Shown piece by piece: positions 30,923 through 42,670 of a DNA stretch of 64,000 bases (positions within the stretch are counted from its first letter, which is position 1; each line of letters opens with the position of its first letter). A program made the translations under genes and the position numbers. The DNA is from Histomonas meleagridis 2922-C6/04-290x. Lineage: Eukaryota > Protista > Parabasalia. The stretch spans positions 1-64,000 of the forward strand of contig JAANOX010000078.1 of assembly GCA_020184695.1 (NCBI GenBank), in the 5' to 3' direction. Under the pieces are notes generated by a model. It did no database searches and was not told the DNA's origin. It saw only the letters and a list, made by a program, of their open reading frames with translations.

Positions 30923-33874
30923 ATGCAACCCCAATTTGCTGAACAACTCGTTGCATGTTACACTCAATTAAGAGCAGGTATCCCTGGGCTTGTTGAACAA
31001 GCTAGTTTACAATTAATTGAGCTTTACAAAATTCCTTCTATTGTAAATGATCTTTTATTTATTTCTTTAAATAATACAGATCCTATTCTTAGATATTATT
31101 CTATTGTTGCATTGGATCAAGTAATTACAAAAAATATTGATCAATATAATGAAGATCAATTTAATTTTATCAAGTCCAACATAATCCAAATCTTACAAAA
31201 AGAAACAGTTGATCAAAATCGCTGTTATTTGTTTAGTAGTGGCACAGAAATTGTTAGGAAGCCTAATATTGGATTTCCAGAATTGTTAAATTTAGCAATT
31301 TGTTTTTTGACAGATCAAAGCACAGCTGGAATTGGCCTTGCATCATGGTCTATGTTTCTTGAGACCAATGCAGTTGATGAAGCCTTATTACAACAAGTAA
31401 TTCAACCATTAGTTCAATGTATTCTTCAAGCAATGAATAGTCCTGACCAAGTTTTACGATTTCGTTCGATTAGTTTAATATTTTCTATCATTCAAAGTGG
31501 TCTTTTTAAACAACTTTTCAGTGTATTTCCACAACTACTTGAATCTCTTAAAATCGAATGTCAAAAAAGTGTTCTTGAATATGGAGATCAACAAGAAGTC
31601 TTTCGTATATATGAGTTAATATGTTTTTTATTTTATTTTGTCCCTGAGATTTCTGCTGATCTTGAGTTTTATTATACATTTTCCAGGCAAATTGTTTTTA
31701 ATCATGAATTACCTCCATATGTTCGTGAATGTGCTCTTCAATTTTTCATAACTATTCTTGAAATTGAGCCAAATTCATTAGAAAAGGAATTAACAAACAT
31801 TACTAATGAAGTCATCCAAATATTATATACGAAATGTAAACTTGATCCAGAAGAATTTCAACCATTTTGGGAAGATCATTTTATTTCTGATTTAGCATCA
31901 GAAGAAAATTATAATGATTCATTATTCTTTCAATTATATGATTTTATAGTATCACAAATTCAAAATAATGATTTAGTAGGCTTTCGTGTAGGTATAGTAT
32001 GTTTTACTTATATGATTGAAACAGCGGGTGAATTATTAGAAAGTAACATTGATGAAATTAATAATATAATATCAGCCGGGATGCAAATTAATGATCCATA
32101 TGTATATAATGATTTTTGTATATTTATATCAAGTCTAAGTGAAGATGCACCAATGTGTTTAAAGCTTCATTTTAATACACTTATTGAATCATTTTTAAAT
32201 CATTCATCTTATTCAAGTGCATTACTTGCACTTGAAAATATCCTTCATAATTCTAATGAACCATTACAAAATGTTTTTCAAATTGTTTCTGCGCTTGTTT
32301 CATTAATGAATAAAGATAATTCTGATTTGATACTTCCATGTATATCAAATGCGATATATAAATATGAAGGGATTAATGAAGAGCTATATACTTCAATAAG
32401 AAAAATACTTACGGATTTATTAAATGCAAATATATCATTACCAAAAGTTTATGAATGTTTTAGTAAATGTGTAAAAATTGCACCAAGACTTATCATTGAA
32501 GATATACCATCATTTTTATCTATAATGTCATCAAATTTAGTTCAAGAATATGATTCTGATACATTAATAACTATAGCATGTTCTGTTATGTTACTTATCC
32601 AATATCTTCCAATATCAATACAACCATTTATATTACCATTTTTTGAGTTTTTCTTTAATTTCATCTCAAATACTAAAAATAACACAGAAGAAGAAAAAGA
32701 TCCTATTAATAAAGCAAGAGGTGAATCACTTAAATGTCTTGCAAGTATTGCTTCAACATATCCACAACAATTTTCTAATCAAATACAAATATTAATTCAA
32801 TATATAATCGAATTACTTTCACAAGAAGATGAAGTTAGTCAAAAAATTGGTTCTGAAACACTTGAATATTTATGTCCAGCATTATCACATATCCCAATAT
32901 CATATAATGCTATTATTGATTCAATTCTTAATGTTATCGAAAATACTGTTGAAGAAGAAGTCGAAATTATTGTAAGTTTATTCATATCGCTTTCATGTCT
33001 ACTTGTAGAAGTTGGAGATAAACTTGATATAGCAATAATCGAAAAACTTAATTCATTTTATGTCGAATGTTTAACATGTCATGTAAGTTCTATTACTAGT
33101 AATGGTAAAACGATATCACAATATTATCAAGCACCATTATGTTATTCATTACAAAGTTTTATTCTTGGCGGATGTTTTGTAAAATGTTCGAATCCAAATT
33201 TATTAATTCAAGCATTAGTTAATTATATGAATTCTCCAAAGAAAAAAGTTATGCAAAGTTATTCCATTATGGCACTTGCGCGTATATGTTTTGTATCACC
33301 ACAAACATTAAATGAATTTGCGCCTATTATCATACAGACGACATTAAAGATATTAACGCAAACCAAAAATCTCACTGATCAAATGCGTAATACATATTAT
33401 GCTTCTTTAATGTATTTAATGATAATTTATACGCAATTATTTGATCAACAACAAATTTTATTGTTAAAGAATTTAATTGAATCTGATTTAGCATCTAATT
33501 ATTTATTATTAAGACAGACAGCTGCTTTAGATTGGATTATTATTGTTGTACTCTTTGGAGCTCCTTCAACTGGTGAACAAATGGAACATGTTTTATCATT
33601 GTTACCGCCTGATCCAGATGATGAAGGAATACCAATTTTCTCGAAATGTTTATGGCAATTATATAATACAAATCAACAAATAATTGGAAAACATTTGGGA
33701 AAATTCGTTTGTACAATTATGGCTGTACCAACTTGGCTGAAAAGAATGATTCCGGATGAGCAAATGAACCTTTGGAAACAAATTGTTAAATCATTTGGAT
33801 TAGATAATATCATGGAAATGATGCAATACAATCAAGCAAATGTAAGCAAAATACAACAAAGTATAATAAATTAA
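30923..33874 (+). CDS. HEAT/ARM alpha-solenoid protein, importin-beta-like
   Basis: ~980-aa helical ORF with an IBN_N-like start (..DPILRYYSIVAL..IKSNIIQILQKE). Confidence 0.7.
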   Translation: MQPQFAEQLVACYTQLRAGIPGLVEQASLQLIELYKIPSIVNDLLFISLNNTDPILRYYSIVALDQVITKNIDQYNEDQFNFIKSNIIQILQKETVDQNRCYLFSSGTEIVRKPNIGFPELLNLAICFLTDQSTAGIGLASWSMFLETNAVDEALLQQVIQPLVQCILQAMNSPDQVLRFRSISLIFSIIQSGLFKQLFSVFPQLLESLKIECQKSVLEYGDQQEVFRIYELICFLFYFVPEISADLEFYYTFSRQIVFNHELPPYVRECALQFFITILEIEPNSLEKELTNITNEVIQILYTKCKLDPEEFQPFWEDHFISDLASEENYNDSLFFQLYDFIVSQIQNNDLVGFRVGIVCFTYMIETAGELLESNIDEINNIISAGMQINDPYVYNDFCIFISSLSEDAPMCLKLHFNTLIESFLNHSSYSSALLALENILHNSNEPLQNVFQIVSALVSLMNKDNSDLILPCISNAIYKYEGINEELYTSIRKILTDLLNANISLPKVYECFSKCVKIAPRLIIEDIPSFLSIMSSNLVQEYDSDTLITIACSVMLLIQYLPISIQPFILPFFEFFFNFISNTKNNTEEEKDPINKARGESLKCLASIASTYPQQFSNQIQILIQYIIELLSQEDEVSQKIGSETLEYLCPALSHIPISYNAIIDSILNVIENTVEEEVEIIVSLFISLSCLLVEVGDKLDIAIIEKLNSFYVECLTCHVSSITSNGKTISQYYQAPLCYSLQSFILGGCFVKCSNPNLLIQALVNYMNSPKKKVMQSYSIMALARICFVSPQTLNEFAPIIIQTTLKILTQTKNLTDQMRNTYYASLMYLMIIYTQLFDQQQILLLKNLIESDLASNYLLLRQTAALDWIIIVVLFGAPSTGEQMEHVLSLLPPDPDDEGIPIFSKCLWQLYNTNQQIIGKHLGKFVCTIMAVPTWLKRMIPDEQMNLWKQIVKSFGLDNIMEMMQYNQANVSKIQQSIIN

Positions 33875-34069
33875 TAAATATTTTTAATATAATAAAATTA
33901 CTTTTTTTCTAAATTTGTAAATGTTTTCCAATTTTAAAACTCCATTTGACACTATCATTCAAATTCCATCTGACAGCGGTTGATTGATCGTCCTCTCTAA
34001 ATTCGGCATTTTTTCATATGACTTTTTGAATATGAAACCTCCGCAATTTTTGATTCAGTTTTACAACCC

Positions 34070-36202
34070 ATGTCATGGCTTTTTGGTAAGAAAAACAGAA
34101 CCATTTCACCAAAACCACATGAAAATATACCTGCTCACCATCAGATGTATTTGGGTCATTTCCAAGTAATTGAAGATAAATTGCCTATTAAAATTCCACT
34201 CAAATCAATAACAATAACAGGAGAACAACGTGGCACCATCATAGATCTTCAAACTACCCAATCTTTTACAACAGAATCTGAAATTCCAGAATTAATTTAT
34301 TCTTTTCCAAATGATAATCAAATTTGCACGTACAAAACCGAGTTTATTGTAGGCGACAAAGTTGTTCCCTTAAAACTTGAAGATAAAGGGAATGCACAAG
34401 CAACTTATCGTGAAGCTGTTAATACCGGTCATTTCGCATTTATTGTGCAACACCGTAATAATGGCTATAGCAACTTTTGTCTTGGTAATGTTCCTGCTGG
34501 TGTTGATGTTAAAGTTATCATTAATTCCGCATTTGAAGGAACTCTTGAAGATCCTCGAACTATTCTTTTTAAATTCCCAATTCAATCAAGCATTTTAAAT
34601 CATATTGATTTTGATTTTAAACTTCGAATTCAACAACCAGTGCACATTTCAAATGTTTCAGTAAATTGTTCTGAATTTGAATTCATCAAAAGCTCTCCAA
34701 ATCAAGGAATTCTCCATATCAAATCCTCACCAGACAATTCCACTAAGGATTCATATTTCATCAAAACACATCTTGAAACAGAATTTCAAAGCGTTGCATA
34801 TCAAGCCAATAATTCTTCAGCTATTATTTTTGTTCCAAATATTGATATTATTCCCAAATCCACAAATGAAATTATCTTTTTCATTGATTGTAGTGGTTCT
34901 ATGTCAGGTAGTCGAATTAATAACGCTAAGCGATGTTTACAATTATTTATTCGTTCTCTTCCAATGAATTGTAGTTTTAATATAATACGTTTTGGCTCCA
35001 AATATCAAACATTATTTGAAAATTCATTACCATATAATCAAGAAAACTTCGAAAGTGCACTTAATTGTGTACAAAATATGAAAGCAGATTTAGGCGGAAC
35101 AAATATTTATTCACCTTTAGAATATGTTCTTAAACTACCAACTAATAATCAACGACAACTATTAATTTTAACTGATGGAGAAATCGATGATCCATTAAAA
35201 ATTTATCAATTATTAAAGGAAAACTATACAATGAATCGATGCTTTACAATTGGGTTTGGGAGTGGTGCAGATTTAGGAACTATTTCAATAATGGCTTCTA
35301 TCACATCAGGACAATCAGTTTTTATTAATGATGGCGAAGACTTATCAATGAAAATTATTCCATTATTAAATTTGTCAATATCAAATTCGATAACTAACAT
35401 AAATGTTCATGTAGAAAACCAAAACAATTTCGAAGTTGTACCATTTCCAATACCTATAACATTACCTAAAACTTCACGAGTTTTGTATATTAATACTAAA
35501 ATTAATAATGACTTTGTACTTGTTAATGGGAATTATAATGATTCCGACAATGACTTTATGATTAAAGTAGAGAATTGGGATACGAATTGCATTTATCCTT
35601 TATTTGCTTATCAAATGATTCGTAACTTAGAACTAAACAATGAGAATAAGGAAAAGTGCATCAAATTATCAATTGAAAGCGGTGTAATTTCAAAGTTTAC
35701 TGCTTATGTCGGACTAATAGAATATAAATTACCATCGCAGTTATGCGCATATCGGAATGACGTAAATTCATCAAATGTCATTCCATCTATGGACTTGGAT
35801 TTGGATTTTGAAGTTGGTAATGTTTATTCTGATTATCGAGACTTTTCGGATGACGAAAGTAGTGAAGAAGATCACTCACAACTAATGAAATATGAGAATG
35901 AGAAAAATTCATTCGATTTTATGGATATTGTAAAACTACAACAAATCGAAGGATATTGGGAAAAGAATCAGAAAATTTTGGAATTTGCTGGTTTGCAAGA
36001 ATATCCAACTTTAACTGAAATAAAGAACTGTGAGGGGATGGACAGAGTAATATCAACTGTTTTGGCCGTGGCTGTGCTAAGGAAAAAGGCACTAGAGAAA
36101 AGGGACTCATGGCAACTAATTGAGACAAAGGCATTGAATTGGCTCAAAGGTATCAATAATGATATTAATTGGGACGAAATAATTAATAGATATATATTAT
36201 GA
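34070..36202 (+). CDS. VIT + von Willebrand factor A domain protein (vWA5A-like)
   Basis: VIT-like N-terminus (KGNAQATYREAV), MIDAS motif DCSGS, LTDG, FTIGFG. Confidence 0.9.
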   Translation: MSWLFGKKNRTISPKPHENIPAHHQMYLGHFQVIEDKLPIKIPLKSITITGEQRGTIIDLQTTQSFTTESEIPELIYSFPNDNQICTYKTEFIVGDKVVPLKLEDKGNAQATYREAVNTGHFAFIVQHRNNGYSNFCLGNVPAGVDVKVIINSAFEGTLEDPRTILFKFPIQSSILNHIDFDFKLRIQQPVHISNVSVNCSEFEFIKSSPNQGILHIKSSPDNSTKDSYFIKTHLETEFQSVAYQANNSSAIIFVPNIDIIPKSTNEIIFFIDCSGSMSGSRINNAKRCLQLFIRSLPMNCSFNIIRFGSKYQTLFENSLPYNQENFESALNCVQNMKADLGGTNIYSPLEYVLKLPTNNQRQLLILTDGEIDDPLKIYQLLKENYTMNRCFTIGFGSGADLGTISIMASITSGQSVFINDGEDLSMKIIPLLNLSISNSITNINVHVENQNNFEVVPFPIPITLPKTSRVLYINTKINNDFVLVNGNYNDSDNDFMIKVENWDTNCIYPLFAYQMIRNLELNNENKEKCIKLSIESGVISKFTAYVGLIEYKLPSQLCAYRNDVNSSNVIPSMDLDLDFEVGNVYSDYRDFSDDESSEEDHSQLMKYENEKNSFDFMDIVKLQQIEGYWEKNQKILEFAGLQEYPTLTEIKNCEGMDRVISTVLAVAVLRKKALEKRDSWQLIETKALNWLKGINNDINWDEIINRYIL

Positions 36203-36690
36203 GTAATTAAGAAAATTATTTTAAATAAATTATCATATTTACTAGTAAATATGTCACCAAATTTTATGTGTTATGAAGCGAAATTCTTTAAATTAAATGG
36301 GAATTAAATTGTTTTTACTATGATGTAACATTTATAAATGATATTGTTTATATGAAGGAACTTACGAACACAATACTGGTCAGATCATGCAAATTAATTA
36401 ATTATAATGAAGTTTTAGATAGATTTAAATTATTGTAACACAAATCTTACAAGATTACAATTATTATTGAAATCTAACACATACGAGAAATCTTATTGTT
36501 AATTAACCAATTTAATCACATGAAGAAGATGAAAATTTTATATTTTTGTAAATTACATAAATTCAAATCATATTACTTCTCTAATCTTTGCAAATAATAT
36601 TGAAATCAAGTCAAAACAAGAAAATATCAAATTTATAAAACATTTATTAATTTTTTTATAATTATTTTATTCACAATATTATAATTCTAT

Positions 36691-37389
36691 TTAATAGCCA
36701 TATTCACTTTGTGTGTTCCAATCTTTTTTATTAGGTTCAATGAGTATTAATTCCCTCGAATCCATTCCAATTATGCTTTGTTCATCATTTTCCTCCATTC
36801 CAACGAGAGTTTTTCCTTTATATGTATTCATTACAATTCCAATAGTTCTGTTTGGTGTTTCAACAGTATCTCCAACGTAAATTCTTTTATTATTTCGATC
36901 TCTGCATGAATTATCGTTTTTACGTATTCGTTTAATATTTTTTGGATCAATTTCATAATCAATAATTTTGTTATCGAAAGTCATAACATAAAGGCAGTCA
37001 TCTGTACACTGTGGAGAAGCGGTAATAATATATATTGAACCATCTAATGTTTCAATTATATCACCGGCTCTATATAACATAACTGGATTTGTAAATGAAT
37101 GATCAGTTTGATTTTCTGTTTCGGTTTGAATAACATTGGATCTATGTGGAATGTTTGCTGTAAAAGGTGTTTCAATTGGTTGAAAATCAGAGAAATGGCC
37201 AGAAATTGGAATAGGAAGTGGAACCGCTGTAACTGTGTCTTCTTGGATATCTACTACTTTAAAATATAAGCCCTGATACATATAATTATTAATATTTATA
37301 ACATCTCCAATATTTACACTGGATTTTTGAAACGTTGTAGGATTAGGTTGAAAAGCGCTGTGGTTATTGGTTTGGTTTGTTGATTCCAT
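36691..37389 (-). CDS. Hypothetical protein with KOW-like motifs (Spt5-like fragment)
   Basis: IGDVI, AGDII, and DRNNKRIYVGDTV..GIV. Confidence 0.5.
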   Translation of the reverse strand: MESTNQTNNHSAFQPNPTTFQKSSVNIGDVININNYMYQGLYFKVVDIQEDTVTAVPLPIPISGHFSDFQPIETPFTANIPHRSNVIQTETENQTDHSFTNPVMLYRAGDIIETLDGSIYIITASPQCTDDCLYVMTFDNKIIDYEIDPKNIKRIRKNDNSCRDRNNKRIYVGDTVETPNRTIGIVMNTYKGKTLVGMEENDEQSIIGMDSRELILIEPNKKDWNTQSEYGY

Positions 37390-37632
37390 TTAGTTATTTC
37401 CTGTGATAAATAATGATCCCTTTCTTGTCGCTAAAAAGTGTCATCTATTATATCAACAAAAATGGTATAACTTACTTTGTAATAATAATAAAAAGCTTTT
37501 ATTTTGTTTATTTGATGCAACAAGCAAAAGGCATCTAAAACTTCAAAAATATTTTTTTACAAATTATGTCTAGATATCAATAATGATATTACTCGAAAAT
37601 TTACGAGAAAAAAAAAAAAACTAATGATAGTT

Positions 37633-38049
37633 TCAAGGATCTTTTATAAACTTTTTAAGTTGAGCCATTGGAACATATAATAATATTGAACGAATGATCC
37701 ATGTTTGCTGTTGAAGTGAAAATTGCCATTCGCCAGTTTCATTTGAAACAGTTACTGTATTTTGAGTTGAAGAAGATTCACTAATAGTCTTCATTAATTC
37801 TGATCCTTCAAATTGAGATTCAGCAACCCTGTAACGAACCGTGTTTAGACCCACATTATTTTCTAATAGGAAGGTAACATGAAACGTATCAGAAGCTCCC
37901 AAAGGTAATGGAGGAATATCACTTGTATATATACCAACCATATTTGGTGCATCTGGAACATTCTTCTTGATTTTTACATCAAAAAATGCATGGGCTCCCA
38001 TGTCATTTAGTGAAAGAACTCCATGCCAAAAAAAGTTTTTGTCCGTCAT
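37633..38049 (-). CDS. Hypothetical protein (138 aa)
   Basis: Clean ATG-stop ORF with coding-like composition; no recognised motif. Confidence 0.7.
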   Translation of the reverse strand: MTDKNFFWHGVLSLNDMGAHAFFDVKIKKNVPDAPNMVGIYTSDIPPLPLGASDTFHVTFLLENNVGLNTVRYRVAESQFEGSELMKTISESSSTQNTVTVSNETGEWQFSLQQQTWIIRSILLYVPMAQLKKFIKDP

Positions 38050-38345
38050 GATATTTTGAGCTCACTCGGGGTGCCCTGGATGAAAGTACGTTACAAATAA
38101 AGTAAAGTACTCATTTTTCGGGGAAAAAAACGAACTCTTTGTAACATTTCTTTTGAATTTTCAACCGATAATTCACTTTTTGAAAGCATTTCACCCACTT
38201 CTTTCAGCGTTTTTTTAGGCAAAGCAACTTGTTAATTAATAATCACTAATACACATGTAATATTAACCAATTTTTTAATGAAAATCACTATAAACTATTT
38301 TATAAAAAGAAAATAAATATTTAGATAAATTATATATTTACATAT

Positions 38346-40364
38346 TTAATAAGGTGTTAACGCCTGTATATTACTTACTAATTGTCTTACGCTTATCATA
38401 TTACTAATCCAAGGAGCATTTCTTGCGCTATATTTACACAATTGTTCGAACTTTGCCCAATACAAAACAATTCTTTTTGCAATTAGTTTCATTATTTCTC
38501 TTCCATTAACAAAATCGCAAAAACGTTTTATTTGCATATCCGAAATTTCCTTTAAAATCTTTGTATGTTTTTCCTTAAAATCATTTGCTATATTTTTTAA
38601 TTCGTTTTCAGAAACGTTAATTTTCAATGGCGAATCCGAACTTTCAAGTTTGGGAAATGCCTTTTTCACGACATTTAACAAATTACCAAAACCAGAAACT
38701 AATTGCATCTCAACAAACGAAGCAGTTTTTTCGGTAATTTTTTGTTCATACACATTAAAAAGAACTGTTTTATTATTATTTTTAACTTCGCTTAATTTTG
38801 ACGCTATATGATAATAATTATTAATTAAGAAAATTAATTTTAATTCTTCACTTTGGAAATTATTAGCTGACTTTTCGATTAAAGTAATTATTTCATCATT
38901 TAAATTTAATAAATTTTGATTAATCAAATCAAATATTGATTCATCTTGAATTAATATTAATGAGAAACATAAATCAGAAAATCGTTGTACAAAAGAAGCG
39001 ACTTTAAAATAATCATTAAACATTGAAGCATCACAAGCTTTAATTATGTTAATATTATTTAAAATAATTAATTTGAATTTATCAGATAATTTAAATTGTA
39101 AAGTGTTTAAATGTGTTTCTAATCGATTTAAGTTATCTAATGTAATGAATTCTTTTTGTTTATTTATAATTCTTAATAAAAGTATAATACAAATTGGATC
39201 AGTGATTTTGATTAATAAATTATTCATAAATGCATCTAAATATTTAAATGTCGATGAAAAAATGTTCGAAATTATCTCTTTCTCTTCGAAAAATACCGAA
39301 GAAAAATTATATTCCGAAATTACAGTGTCAATTAATGTTTGATAAAATGATCTTAATAATAACTCAACAGGATAAATCTCATTACCAAATGGTTGTGGTG
39401 GTGACATTATTTCATTTAATATTTTGATCCTTTCACCAATGCTAAAAAATGTGGTTGAATCAGCTGATAAAACTTTGGATGAAAAAAATCCTTTTTGAAT
39501 AAATGGTGCTATTGTTTCATTATTTGTTGAGATGGGATTCATTTGGCGGATAATACGCTGTGAAAGTAACTTAAAGTTCGCATGATATATTCGTGACATT
39601 ATCGATGTGTAATATTGCCGAATTGATTGTTCGAAATCAGGTGAATTATTCTTGAGAAAACTATAAAGATATTGGGATTTAAGTAGAATGGTTTGAATGG
39701 CAACTTGCTCAGTATCATAATGATCACGTAATTCATTGATTCTGGTAATTAGCCATTGTCGGATATTATCTGAAGCCTTAAGTTTGAGAGTATTAAGTAC
39801 CTCTTGAACTTCCTGGCAAGAATGTGAATGTTTGGCTATGTCAGAACGAGAAAACTCGAGTTTAGATTGGAGTTCTCTAACATATTCAATATAATTAGGT
39901 CCGACTTCACCATTAAGAATATGATTTATAAATTGCCTGGAAACAGAAATGTTATTGGTAAAAAATCCAAGTTGGTTTTCAAGATTTTTTCGATTACTTA
40001 GTTTTATGGTAATTGTTTGTGACTTTGCTTGTAAGGCAAAAATATCTGATGAAAGCTGGCCAATGGAATCCTTGAATAACATCAGAACATTTTCCATTGC
40101 TTCAAGAGAAGAATCACAAACTTTAATTTCTTTACAAAGAGTTTTAGTTGCCTCCACTTGCTTAACATAGTCACCTACTGAATCTTTTTCTGCAATTGCT
40201 AGTTCCTTTGAAATGGTACTGCTATAATTTTGAAGATCAACACCAACTTCTAAAACTTCACGAACAGATGGTTCATTTGCAAAGCGTTCAATATCTTGTT
40301 CCATTTCATCAAAGTTTATATCCTGAGATGACAAAACAAGATTTTCATTTTGGGTCTCACCCAT
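38346..40364 (-). CDS. VPS52: GARP complex subunit Vps52
   Basis: VLEVGVDLQNYS..I..CDSSLEAMENVL..F...IGQLSSDI..LQ.KS......LSNRK. Likely start is ATG 40364 (MGETQ). Confidence 0.85.
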   Translation of the reverse strand: MGETQNENLVLSSQDINFDEMEQDIERFANEPSVREVLEVGVDLQNYSSTISKELAIAEKDSVGDYVKQVEATKTLCKEIKVCDSSLEAMENVLMLFKDSIGQLSSDIFALQAKSQTITIKLSNRKNLENQLGFFTNNISVSRQFINHILNGEVGPNYIEYVRELQSKLEFSRSDIAKHSHSCQEVQEVLNTLKLKASDNIRQWLITRINELRDHYDTEQVAIQTILLKSQYLYSFLKNNSPDFEQSIRQYYTSIMSRIYHANFKLLSQRIIRQMNPISTNNETIAPFIQKGFFSSKVLSADSTTFFSIGERIKILNEIMSPPQPFGNEIYPVELLLRSFYQTLIDTVISEYNFSSVFFEEKEIISNIFSSTFKYLDAFMNNLLIKITDPICIILLLRIINKQKEFITLDNLNRLETHLNTLQFKLSDKFKLIILNNINIIKACDASMFNDYFKVASFVQRFSDLCFSLILIQDESIFDLINQNLLNLNDEIITLIEKSANNFQSEELKLIFLINNYYHIASKLSEVKNNNKTVLFNVYEQKITEKTASFVEMQLVSGFGNLLNVVKKAFPKLESSDSPLKINVSENELKNIANDFKEKHTKILKEISDMQIKRFCDFVNGREIMKLIAKRIVLYWAKFEQLCKYSARNAPWISNMISVRQLVSNIQALTPY

Positions 40365-40680
40365 TTGTTTTAACGGTTGTGTTCCAAACCAAAAATGAAA
40401 AAACACTTTTAATGATATACATCTTCTTTAACTCTAAGCCGAAAATAAAATGATTAGAAGAAGAAAAGGTGTGAAATACTCATTCCTGCGAGGTACTATT
40501 CAACATATTTTTGATGATATTATATATAAACTCGTTTCGAAAATTTCGCCATAGTTATACTGGGATGATATGAGAACCAGTCATTAAAAATATTATATAA
40601 TATATGTACATAATTTTTTAATATAAATGCTAAATAATATTCATGATAAGTCAAGATAAATTTATTTATTTTTTCATTTT

Positions 40681-40966
40681 TAAAAGTGACAACATCCCAC
40701 TTTTGTATGGTTTATTTTGATTATGGTCGTACCGATAGGCAACGATGAACAACGATATAAACCGATAGGAGGACGATAGATGATCTATCTTTTTTAGGAA
40801 GATAAATAATATTTCTTGATTATTTCAAAGCCTTTCGAAAGATATTATGCATAAAAAATCAATTAATTGATATAAATCGTCAAAAGTTTTCACGAAAAAA
40901 ATGGTAAAATATCAAAAAATTAAATTTCTCAAATCATCAATTTTTTTATAAATTCTTGAAAAAAAT
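40681..40966 (+). repeat. 286-bp dispersed repeat / probable transposon end with terminal hairpin and phased CGAT array, copy 1
   Basis: About 96% identical (about 12 differences by eye) to the reverse complement of 62697-62983. Confidence 0.9.
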
Positions 40967-41532
40967 CTTTCTTTTCTTTTAAATTCAGACAATTTTTTAA
41001 AAATTGTTTTGTGAATTTTTTTATATAAAATATGTTTTTATAGATACATTTTATGTTATCATGATTTCTGTTTCTTGGTTTGAAATCAATTTTACCTTGA
41101 GAAAAAATTATTTGAACTTTTCACCTCAATTTTGGATACAAATGACTTATTACCTTAAAAAAATCATTATTAATAGCATTAATTTTTCTTAATAGTTGGC
41201 AACATTAGTTTTACTATTAATAATATGAGGGCAGAAATTCGAAAATATTTTTTTCTTTAATCTTATTTTTAATTTCATCTATCGATAAGTGAAAATGCTT
41301 TGCGTCTAAGTGTAACGGAGAATCAATAATTTGGCATTTCAAAATAATATTTGGAAATTATTTAAAATATTTATTTTAAATAAAAATTAACAATTTAAAA
41401 TGACTTGCACAAATTAGCTAAATAAATTTTACATTAAATTCAAAATAGAATGTCAATAAAGAAAAATTAAATGTTTTTGGTTTAGTCAAGCGCATCTAGA
41501 TGTTTCATTATATTTACGATAATTTGTTTATT

Positions 41533-41792
41533 TCATTCACCAACTTCACCAGCAATTATGAATTCATCAAGCATTGCATACGCTTGATTGAAATGTGCTC
41601 GTAAATCTATTTCACGAACTTTTTTAAAGTATCTACCCATGATTTCGACAAAAAGATGGAATGTTTCGAGAATAGCATCAACGCACATGCATATAAACAA
41701 GGCAGCGTATTGACGGTAAATGATTTGTAAAATTTATATTCAAGAACATTGGTAAGATTTACTGTTCTTCTCCAAACGATGGAGTTAACTAC
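41533..41792 (-). pseudogene. Adaptor protein complex sigma (AP-1/AP-2 small chain) pseudogene
   Basis: NVLEYKFYK/IYRQYAALFICMCVDA-ILETFHLFVEIMGRYFKKVREIDL..HFNQAYAMLDEFIIAGEVGE*. One frameshift, an internal deletion and no start. Not in the ORF track. Confidence 0.8.
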
Positions 41793-42406
41793 TTTTTATC
41801 AATTTATGTTAATATGAAATATTTTTTTGTCTGATATAATATGTATGTTAATAACTTGATGTGCATGTGAACATGTTCATGTGATAGTAAAATTATTAAC
41901 AGTTTTTAATAGATCAACATCGTATTATTTTTCAAGCAGTTAGGTTTTTTATGTTATTCATTATTTATATAAATAGTGTCTTATAAGCATAACACTTTAA
42001 TGTTAAAGAAGTATAATATCGCTATTTGTATAATTTATCATTTGAACATTGAAGAATATAAATGATTCAAAATCCCATAACTAATCTTCATAAAAGCATT
42101 GCTCAATATCATTTCGGGGGGGGGGGAAAAAAAAAAAAAATTACAAATTTAGAAAAATTTATTTATTTTGTTTTTTTGCAGGTGGCGCAGGTATATCTAA
42201 GTTATAAAATTTCAAAGTTTTAATAGACTTTTCCACTTTTGCTCTTAAATCACTTTCTTTTCTTTTTAATACCACAATTTTCAATTTATATTTATTAATT
42301 TGTTCGTTAAATTCTTTCATCCGTATTCTTTATTGGCACTTTATTTTTTAGCAACTGATTAAAACACGATTTTTGTTTTCAGAATATTTGTTGTGAATTC
42401 TTAATT

Positions 42407-42670
42407 TCAATTGACTATACCTTCATCGGAATACATATCATTTAATTCATATAATTTTTGTTGGTTAATTTCATCTTCGATTTCGAACATTTTAATTTTT
42501 TCTTTATTATTATTACCGATAATTCTTAAGATATTCAAAGTTGAACATAATTGTTTAACATTTTGTTTCCCTTCTCTTTGTGCGTCTTGAATAATTTTAT
42601 TCAATTTTAAGTCATCAATTTGATTTTGTATTTCTTCGATTTCTTCTTTAATTTCATTAATATTTCTCAT
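42407..42670 (-). CDS. Short coiled-coil ORF, possibly a gene remnant
   Basis: 87-aa heptad-rich ORF in AT-rich context. Confidence 0.35.
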   Translation of the reverse strand: MRNINEIKEEIEEIQNQIDDLKLNKIIQDAQREGKQNVKQLCSTLNILRIIGNNNKEKIKMFEIEDEINQQKLYELNDMYSDEGIVN

